From Candidatus Yanofskybacteria bacterium (lineage in GTDB: Bacteria > Patescibacteriota > Minisyncoccia > 2-02-FULL-40-12 > GWA2-44-9), in contig JACOZW010000022.1 in assembly GCA_016181145.1 (NCBI GenBank), positions 1 through 48,176 of the forward strand: a stretch of DNA of 48,176 nucleotides, read 5' to 3'. Under the pieces are notes generated by a model. The model was given only the letters and a program-made list of their open reading frames with translations. It searched no databases and was not told the origin of the DNA. Positions 38,771-45,627 of this stretch are shown here, in pieces. How positions within the stretch are numbered: position 1 is the first letter of the stretch; each line of letters begins with the position of its first letter. The position numbers and the translations under genes were made by a program.

Positions 38771-39448
38771 CTATACTCTCTCTTGTCCTGGTAGATAGGA
38801 CTCCTCATCACTGAATGTCGGGCCTCGCCAGGCGTCGATGATGAGCGTCCAGCGCTTTTCATAACCAGCACAGCTACCATAAGTTGCAAATAACTCTATC
38901 CCCAAAAAGCAAATCAATGATTTATCATCAACGATTACACGATATACGCCTGGGTGGGATATATCTGAGATTGTAAATCTTCCATAAGGATCGCAGTTCC
39001 CCCCAAAGTAACAATAGTCAGATTCTCTTTGCAATTGTTTTACCAATTTCATAATTCGGGCCGGGATTGGCTCTTCGTATTTAGATATGCCGGTTATTGG
39101 CCGCCATAGCACTTGGAGATTGCCCCGTTGAGCGGTCTTTTCATAGTAACTCGTCTGTTTTTCGAGCAGGGTGTTAACTTTAGCACCTGGGTATAGACGA
39201 ATATTGTTATTCACTAGAATCCGAATAACGTCTTGATGTATAAAGCTGACGTTATCGAATTTTCCGCGGCCACCAATCAAGTCTTGATATGCATTAAATT
39301 CTTCCGTATCCATGTGTTTTGGAACATAGGTTTCGGGAAGGACCAACTCATTATCTCCCCTAATCAAATCCGCTGATGGCGCTTGAATCAAGGCTAAACT
39401 CTGTGATTGCGGCTGGCTCTTTCTTCGAAACAATGTCATCGCGCTCAT
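38771..39448 (-). CDS. Array paralog g2 (leader B, SYLPGQERV tail)
   Basis: MSAMTLFRRKS...APSADLIR...IIDAWRGPTFSDEE. Confidence 0.9.
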   Translation of the reverse strand: MSAMTLFRRKSQPQSQSLALIQAPSADLIRGDNELVLPETYVPKHMDTEEFNAYQDLIGGRGKFDNVSFIHQDVIRILVNNNIRLYPGAKVNTLLEKQTSYYEKTAQRGNLQVLWRPITGISKYEEPIPARIMKLVKQLQRESDYCYFGGNCDPYGRFTISDISHPGVYRVIVDDKSLICFLGIELFATYGSCAGYEKRWTLIIDAWRGPTFSDEESYLPGQERV

Positions 39449-39498
39449 ATCTTCGCCTCCTCATCACTGAATGTCGGGCCTCGCCAGGCGTCGATGAT
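39353..39498. repeat. 146-bp coupling junction J1, copy 1
   Basis: Direct repeat spanning the tail of g1 and the leader of g2. Confidence 0.85.
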
Positions 39499-40113
39499 GA
39501 GAGATTCTGCAATAGGTGTACTTTCATTTGCAGTAACCCTAAGAAAACATATTTCCGTTTTTCGTTTCATGGGAATAATTTGCCATTGCTGAATGCGCTG
39601 ACCCGTATTTTCACAGTTATAGTGTGTGCGGGAAGTTACCCAAACAATATCTGAAATAAAAAATCTAAAATAGTTTCGCGAATACCCTTCTGCATTAGCG
39701 TGGGATATTTTTTTTACATAGTCGATTACTCTGGGAGGAAGGGGATGGCTGTATTCTCGGAGATTGATCCATTCCCACCAAAGATCGTCACCCAGCTTAA
39801 GGGTTCTAGATGCATATTTTATACATTGTCGCATGCAATTAGCCACCCCTGAGTGATTATAAGTTCTTAGATTCAGGGTCTTTAGGAGATGCAATAATTT
39901 TTCTCTGGCTATGACTGAGGTTTGGGCGTCAAGTGCTAAGTCATCGATCGCTCGGACATATTCGGCTAACTTCTCCGGTGCAATCTCTAGCTCTATCTCT
40001 TTCGGTTCTGGGCACCATAACTCATTATCATCTCTGATCAAATCTGCTGACGGCGCCTGAACTGTTGCCAGGGCAGTTGTTTGCTTGCCCCGTAGTTTTG
40101 AAAGAACTCCCAT
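39445..40113 (-). CDS. Array paralog g1 (leader A, AKI tail)
   Basis: MGVLSKLRGKQ...IIDAWRGPTFSDEEAKI. Confidence 0.9.
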   Translation of the reverse strand: MGVLSKLRGKQTTALATVQAPSADLIRDDNELWCPEPKEIELEIAPEKLAEYVRAIDDLALDAQTSVIAREKLLHLLKTLNLRTYNHSGVANCMRQCIKYASRTLKLGDDLWWEWINLREYSHPLPPRVIDYVKKISHANAEGYSRNYFRFFISDIVWVTSRTHYNCENTGQRIQQWQIIPMKRKTEICFLRVTANESTPIAESLIIDAWRGPTFSDEEAKI

Positions 40114-40132
40114 CTCAGCTCCTCTCCAGAGT

Positions 40133-40179
40133 ATTCAATCTGGCCAGATTTTATAGTATAAATGCTGAATTGTCAAGGT
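40133..40179 (-). promoter_or_regulatory. Array promoter, copy 1, with 14-bp palindrome
   Basis: TTGACA-17-TAAAAT; AATCTGGCCAGATT at 40137-40150. Confidence 0.8.
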
Positions 40180-40184
40180 GGGTA

Positions 40185-40213
40185 TTGACAAAATAAATTA
40201 AATATACTATTAT
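40185..40213 (+). promoter_or_regulatory. Divergent sigma70-like promoter
   Basis: TTGACA-17-TATTAT, back to back with the array promoter. Confidence 0.7.
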
Positions 40214-40253
40214 CTTGTCGCGTGACCGAACATGTAGTTTCGAGGAGGAACAG

Positions 40254-40550
40254 ATGGCGGACAGAACTTTGACAAAAAAAGACGTACTTACCTTCCTGAA
40301 TCTGGGGAGGAAAATTGCTGTTTCTGGTGCCGGAGCAGTATTGGATACGGCAAAGTCAAAAATTGCCGATTTGATCGACTCGGACGAGGCTTTGCAGAGG
40401 CGGGTTGAAGCTCAGGTCCAAGCTCTACTTAGAGCCGGTTTTACTGAACTAGAAGCCCGCAAAGCTGTTTTTGACCGTATGAGGACTCGTATAGATAATG
40501 CCTTTCAAAAAAGCGCCAATCCTATCGGCGATAATATCGTAAAGAAGTAA
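40254..40550 (+). CDS. Small helical hypothetical protein
   Basis: SD GAGGAGG before ATG 40254. Confidence 0.75.
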   Translation: MADRTLTKKDVLTFLNLGRKIAVSGAGAVLDTAKSKIADLIDSDEALQRRVEAQVQALLRAGFTELEARKAVFDRMRTRIDNAFQKSANPIGDNIVKK

Positions 40551-40567
40551 GGAAAAAAGGAGAAACC

Positions 40568-41548
40568 ATGGCCACTCAGAGTCTCACTCGTCGTGCGGGA
40601 GCAGGCAGTTCTATGTCGCGCCGCTCAGATATGAAGTTGTTTATCGATCGGGCGGTCCAGGATGGTGTCAGAGACATCAAGGAAAGTGCTGAAGCGCTGA
40701 AGAGCTTAGATGGCGACTTGCGTCGGGAGCTGGATGTCCCATTAGATAGAACTAAGAGCATGATGGCCAAGGTATTAAATATGGTTATTCCCAAGCGTTT
40801 TTATTCGGATTTGCCGAACAGCCTTGTTAGATACATGGGTGAAGCACAGGATGTTATTATTCAGATAGGCTCAGATAAGAGGCATCACTGTAATAATATA
40901 CAAATAGGCCTCCGAAATTTGTACGATGCCGCGAATGCCAAAAAGGAGCAATTGGCAGAATTAAGAGCTACAATAGAAACGGCTCAAAGAGAAAATTGGA
41001 ATGCGAGACAGCTTCAGGAATACATGACTAAAAGTGTCGGGATAGAGGTCTTTAGGGAGATAAGTGATCTTCTCGACGAAGAGTTTGGTATTCTTGGAGA
41101 AGAAGAGCAGGAGGCCAGAAAGCAGCAGCTTCTTGATCAGCTACATAATGCTACTGTTGGCGGCGAAAGATTTATGAAGTTGATGGCCGGTGTTGTATCA
41201 GCGGGCTTATCGGTTTTCTCAGCAGGGGTTGCAAGCTATTTCGAATACGAGCTATTTGAGCACGATACCATTCAATTGAGGGAAGCGGCCAAGGCATTTG
41301 TCGACGTTAATAAGGGGATATATGCCGGCCGGGCGGCTATTACTGGTACGATAACAACTTCTATTGATGGTATTCGCAAGGCTGTCAAAATGGCCGAATT
41401 GTACAATAAGTGCTCTCTTTTTTCAGATGATTTCTTGGAAGTTTTGGATGAGGCGGAAGAGCTGGTTAGCAAGGATATCAAGTCTCTTGACAACCCCTCG
41501 AGCAAACGGAAAGAATTACCCGTTATCGATGTTGTCCCTGTAAGTTAG
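40568..41548 (+). CDS. Coiled-coil/helical hypothetical protein
   Basis: SD AAGGAG; 326 aa, helical composition. Confidence 0.8.
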   Translation: MATQSLTRRAGAGSSMSRRSDMKLFIDRAVQDGVRDIKESAEALKSLDGDLRRELDVPLDRTKSMMAKVLNMVIPKRFYSDLPNSLVRYMGEAQDVIIQIGSDKRHHCNNIQIGLRNLYDAANAKKEQLAELRATIETAQRENWNARQLQEYMTKSVGIEVFREISDLLDEEFGILGEEEQEARKQQLLDQLHNATVGGERFMKLMAGVVSAGLSVFSAGVASYFEYELFEHDTIQLREAAKAFVDVNKGIYAGRAAITGTITTSIDGIRKAVKMAELYNKCSLFSDDFLEVLDEAEELVSKDIKSLDNPSSKRKELPVIDVVPVS

Positions 41549-41556
41549 TTTTCTAA

Positions 41557-41609
41557 CCCCGCCATCGGCGGGGCTTTAATTTGACATAATTATATAAATT
41601 ATATATAAT
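41557..41609 (+). promoter_or_regulatory. Terminator hairpin followed directly by a consensus promoter
   Basis: CCCCGCC-ATC-GGCGGGG, then TTGACA-17-TATAAT (41581-41609). Confidence 0.8.
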
Positions 41610-41646
41610 ATTAACCAGTTTTATTCACAATCAGGGAGATTGAGGC

Positions 41647-42228
41647 ATGGGGATTATCGGTCGGATCTTGAGGCAGACTAGGGTTAGTTACAATGCGCCG
41701 GTGATACTAACTTTTACGGTTATGGCATCAGCTGTTTTTGCTCTGTTTAGCATTACGGGAACTTCGTTTTATCATTTGTTTTCTGCTCCTACGGAGTTTA
41801 GGCTTTTTTCTCCGATCACATATTTCCGTTTTGTATCTCATATCTTGGGGCATCAAAGCATGCAGCATTTATCGGGGAATTTTATGATCATATTGTTGAT
41901 CGGACCGTTGGTAGAGGAAAAATACTCATCATTTTCACTGTTGTTGATGATAGTAATTACCGCTTTAGCGACAGGAATTCTTAATATAATACTATTTTCT
42001 ACCAGCTTAATGGGTGCAAGTGGTATCGTCTTTATGCTTATCATTTTGAGCTCACTAACTAATTTTAGAAGGAGAGAGATTCCATTGACATTTTTGCTGG
42101 TCATAACTATTTTCTTGGGTAATGAGGTGATAAGCAGTTTTAACAGCGACAATATATCGCAGTTTGCCCATATCTTGGGCGGTATATGCGGTGCTGGATT
42201 CGGATTATTTTTCGTGAATAAAAGATAA
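41647..42228 (+). CDS. Rhomboid-family intramembrane serine protease
   Basis: HILGH...HLSGNF, GPLVEE, catalytic GASG, FAHILGG. Confidence 0.9.
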   Translation: MGIIGRILRQTRVSYNAPVILTFTVMASAVFALFSITGTSFYHLFSAPTEFRLFSPITYFRFVSHILGHQSMQHLSGNFMIILLIGPLVEEKYSSFSLLLMIVITALATGILNIILFSTSLMGASGIVFMLIILSSLTNFRRREIPLTFLLVITIFLGNEVISSFNSDNISQFAHILGGICGAGFGLFFVNKR

Positions 42229-42245
42229 AATGAACAGGCTCTTTC

Positions 42246-42307
42246 AAGTTCCTCAACGGAGGAACTTTTTGTTTGGGATTGACTTTAGTGGTAAATTATA
42301 GTATGAT
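42246..42307 (+). promoter_or_regulatory. Terminator followed directly by a promoter
   Basis: AAGTTCCTC-AACG-GAGGAACTT-TTT, then TTGACT-17-TATGAT. Confidence 0.75.
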
Positions 42308-42332
42308 ATTATCGGACTAGAAAGGAGACGCA

Positions 42333-42857
42333 ATGATGACCAGAACAGTTGCTAGAACTTCTTGGCAGTATGGTCTTTACAAATTTGCATACCCTGAGCT
42401 CAAAAGACTTGAGCGGGGGGTTACTGGAGAAAAAACCGTGACAGAATTACCCGATCGGTTACTTGCTTGCCATTATCGAGGAACGATTATTTTCGGCTTT
42501 TTTCTAAAGATGGTTACTGTATGGGATGACCTTAGGATAAGGTCTGAATCATTCTTGACAAGATACTTGTCAAGAAAACTCGCCAGGATATTGTCTATGC
42601 TACCTATCGCGGCGCTTTATGTTCTGGTGCTCTCTTTGATGATGGTAGCTGATAAAAATCCCTATTTAAATGAGCATCCCGTCACAGATCCAAGCTTGAT
42701 ACCAGTAATCTTTGCCATGCAGTCGTTGTTTGTCTTTATGATAATTGGCATACCTATTTTTGCAATCATAGCAATTAAGTGCAAATGGCCGCTAAAGCAT
42801 TGGATTGCCACTTTGGAAAAAAAGATTTGTGGCACAGAGATAGAATTTGTTGATTAA
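42333..42857 (+). CDS. Hypothetical membrane protein
   Basis: SD AAGGAG; 2-3 TM segments. Confidence 0.75.
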   Translation: MMTRTVARTSWQYGLYKFAYPELKRLERGVTGEKTVTELPDRLLACHYRGTIIFGFFLKMVTVWDDLRIRSESFLTRYLSRKLARILSMLPIAALYVLVLSLMMVADKNPYLNEHPVTDPSLIPVIFAMQSLFVFMIIGIPIFAIIAIKCKWPLKHWIATLEKKICGTEIEFVD

Positions 42858-42896
42858 TCTGGGTCTCAGGCTCCGCCATCGCGGAGCTTTTTGTTT

Positions 42897-42984
42897 GGGG
42901 TTGACCCTGTAGTGAATTTTCCAATTGCCTTCGGCTTCTACCTGCCAAAAGGCAGGTATTTGAAAAATCTACTACGGGGTTGAC
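42897..42984. repeat. Degenerate inverted-repeat element with an inner CCTGCC/GGCAGG hairpin
   Basis: Arms 42904-42925 and 42959-42980 match at 17 of 22 positions; inner TACCTGCC-AAAA-GGCAGGTA; GGGGTTGAC at both ends. Confidence 0.55.
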
Positions 42985-43047
42985 GCCCCCTGATTTTTAT
43001 GTATAATACTAGCAATTGAGCGGGTCTTTGAAAAAAGAGGAGAGAGT

Positions 43048-43719
43048 GTGTCTAGCAGAACTTTGACGAAAGAAAGAGTAAAAACCTCGGTATCGCTCGG
43101 AGATCTGGATATCAATTCAGGTACATCGAGTCTGGAGCTGATTGATGATGGGCCGAATGAGGCAGTTTGCCGGCTTGTCAGCAAATTTCAGCAAGCGAAT
43201 CAGCAAGCTAATCATAGGGAAGCATTAGAACGGCAAGCAAGGGGTCTAGCGATTAACGAGATGGCTTCCAAACAAAATCTTGCCAGCATGTTTATCGATG
43301 CATACACCTACGCATTCAATATTACAATAAATCAAATGGGAGTATTGGTGCAGGAGATTGGAGAGAATAATCTGCCATTTCTAGAGAATAAACTATTTGA
43401 AAGACTCAGGAAGAGAGCGGGGGTAATAGTTAGTGCGAGCATTATTTCTGGAGGAGCTTTTACGGTTGATCTAATAGACATCTTTTCGTCTGGGAGTCTT
43501 GTTTTGCTACCACTTCCGTTATTCATGGTATGTTTTTTGGGCTGGATACTACCATTTTTGGTTCTTGTTTCTTCGGGTACGGCGCGGTCAGAACCTTTCA
43601 GATCGGTTTCATACATAAGGGCTAGAAAGCGCCTCAAGAAAAAGTACGGCCCAGATTACTTTCCGTATCAGGAATTGAGGAAAGAATTGAGATTGGCAGA
43701 AAGTGTAAGCGGGGAGTAG
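43048..43719 (+). CDS. Hypothetical membrane protein
   Basis: SD GAGGAG, GTG start, promoter TTGACG-16-TATAAT; TM hairpin then LKKKYGPDY. Confidence 0.75.
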   Translation: MSSRTLTKERVKTSVSLGDLDINSGTSSLELIDDGPNEAVCRLVSKFQQANQQANHREALERQARGLAINEMASKQNLASMFIDAYTYAFNITINQMGVLVQEIGENNLPFLENKLFERLRKRAGVIVSASIISGGAFTVDLIDIFSSGSLVLLPLPLFMVCFLGWILPFLVLVSSGTARSEPFRSVSYIRARKRLKKKYGPDYFPYQELRKELRLAESVSGE

Positions 43720-43721
43720 GC

Positions 43722-44453
43722 ATGCCTGGAAGCGTGGAAACTGTGGAAATTATTGATTATAAAGAAGCCCTGAAGAGAATAAGAATTCTAAAAACTGAAT
43801 TATTAAATAAACTAGCTGTTCTCGATAAGTCAAAGGGCGAGTCTTTCTGGCTCAGCCTCTATGTTCTGGCCATTTGTGCTCAGGAACGGCTGATTTCTTC
43901 GTTAAATGACGAGCTGATATCTTCCAGTATTCCTTGGGACATGGAATCTAACCTCCCATTAATTTCTGCTACGATTGGTGATGCTGTAAGCTATGCTGAA
44001 AGACTGAGAGATCCGAAAGATTATCTCCTTAAAGCACTGCTTTTGTCTCTCTCGGGATGGACATTATTGAGTACGGAGAAAAGAGAATGTGCCTGTAATA
44101 AAAATAAACTTCAGGAAATATCGGTTGATGTCTTGGCCCAGACTAATGTTCAGATAATGAAAATTTCCAAAGAGCAGCCGTTGGGTTGGCCATATATTGA
44201 TGTTAATTTTCTTATCGGTGTTCAGTCTGATAACCAAGATCATTTAGGACATCATTATAGTTTCAAGGAGCAAAGCATAAGGCATCAGGATCTGATTATT
44301 ATTTTTAGCTCTAAGGGGGCAATGTTCAGAGGTGCAAGCAGTAGGGAGATTATCCGGTATCAGAAAGGGGTTCGTCAGGCTGAGCAGTTTAGGACCGATA
44401 AAATGGCGGGAATCCTAAGCGGGCTAGTTAATTCTTTCAACAAAGCGGCATGA
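43722..44453 (+). CDS. Hypothetical protein
   Basis: 243-aa ORF, SD GGGGAG, terminator hairpin at 44442-44464. Confidence 0.7.
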   Translation: MPGSVETVEIIDYKEALKRIRILKTELLNKLAVLDKSKGESFWLSLYVLAICAQERLISSLNDELISSSIPWDMESNLPLISATIGDAVSYAERLRDPKDYLLKALLLSLSGWTLLSTEKRECACNKNKLQEISVDVLAQTNVQIMKISKEQPLGWPYIDVNFLIGVQSDNQDHLGHHYSFKEQSIRHQDLIIIFSSKGAMFRGASSREIIRYQKGVRQAEQFRTDKMAGILSGLVNSFNKAA

Positions 44454-44498
44454 GATGCCGCTTTTAAATTTGGAATAAATAGACTATCCTTATTGCAT

Positions 44499-45518
44499 AT
44501 GCCTGATAAAAAGTCTACCTATGATGGAAAAAAAATAGTCGTTGTCTCTGGCGGGTTTGATCCGATCCACGTCGGCCATATTAAGATGCTTAGAGAGGCC
44601 AAAAAACTCGGCGATAAGTTAGTGGTTGTTCTTAATAACGACAATTGGCTCAAAAAAAAGAAGACTCACGTTTTTATGAATCAGAGAGAAAGAGAAGATA
44701 TTCTGAGATCTATAAAATGGGTTGACGATGTTGTCGTTACTAGCCACCCCAGAAATCCAAAAGATATCAGTATCAGTAAAGAGATTTTAAGGATTAAGCC
44801 GGATATATTTGCCAAAGGTGGCCGAAGAAATAAAGATGTTCCTGAGGCTGAGGCGTGCAAAAAGGTAGGCTGTAAAATTATTTTTAATGTCGGGCCTGGG
44901 GGCAACTTCAAATATAGCTCGAAGCTCTTGGACAAGTATGTTAATAAGGTCAAACCGGTCAGAAAGATCAACGTACCGAAAGTTCTGGGCGAGCTAAAGA
45001 TAGTCTTCGGTGAATCGAAAATAAAGTTCCCTGAAAAGCTAAGAATCAGAACTTCGGAGATCATTCTTAATCTGATGAATCGCAAGAAGGGTTTCGGTCT
45101 TTTTGTTGTTCTCGGCTGGAGGGGTAAATGGAATAAATATACCGACATGCCCGATATGAAGCAGGATATCTATAAAAAACATCACCAGAATTTACTAACA
45201 CATTACCACGGACACAAGCATGATATCGAGACTACTATTAATTTTGACGGCGCTATTTTAGTTGATCAGCATGGAGTTATTGTTCACTCCGGCATAATGA
45301 TAGAGGGATTGAGGCCGAAAGAAATTGCCCATAAAGTTAATCCCGGAAAATTTAATGACCTCTCTGAGCAGTTTGGCTTTAAGACAAAAGTCCATTTACG
45401 GCATCTGTCAGCTATTTCAGCCTCCTATGTTTTCAAAGGTACTACTGTTTTTACGGTTTCCGAGGAGAATAATATTTTCCATGTTTTCGAGAATGGAAAA
45501 ATAATCTATTCGCTGTAG
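44499..45518 (+). CDS. Cytidylyltransferase-like (HxGH) domain fused to a diadenylate-cyclase-like (DisA_N) domain
   Basis: SGGFDPIHVGH...RIKPDIFAKGG...SSKLL, then FDGAILVD...RHLSA...TVSEE. Confidence 0.75.
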   Translation: MPDKKSTYDGKKIVVVSGGFDPIHVGHIKMLREAKKLGDKLVVVLNNDNWLKKKKTHVFMNQREREDILRSIKWVDDVVVTSHPRNPKDISISKEILRIKPDIFAKGGRRNKDVPEAEACKKVGCKIIFNVGPGGNFKYSSKLLDKYVNKVKPVRKINVPKVLGELKIVFGESKIKFPEKLRIRTSEIILNLMNRKKGFGLFVVLGWRGKWNKYTDMPDMKQDIYKKHHQNLLTHYHGHKHDIETTINFDGAILVDQHGVIVHSGIMIEGLRPKEIAHKVNPGKFNDLSEQFGFKTKVHLRHLSAISASYVFKGTTVFTVSEENNIFHVFENGKIIYSL

Positions 45519-45627
45519 GATTAGTCGGAAGTAATTTTGGATAGCATAGCTCTTGTTGGGGTTCTTGATTGTTTGATTTTTTTATTGTATATTTTGGACA
45601 AGAATTTTAACAATAAGGAGTCCAATT

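Noticed and set aside
37859-39654. Plus-strand ORFs that recur antisense to the array (37859..38167, 39376..39654, 39407..39592)
   Set aside because: Their similarity comes from the repeated junction DNA; they have no SD or promoter and shadow real genes
35933-40179. CRISPR array, DGR or integron as the explanation of the paralog array
   Set aside because: The repeats are 146 bp or longer and partly coding, the spacers are homologous ORF cores, variation is not adenine-specific and includes indels, and no RT, template repeat, integrase or attC-like site is visible
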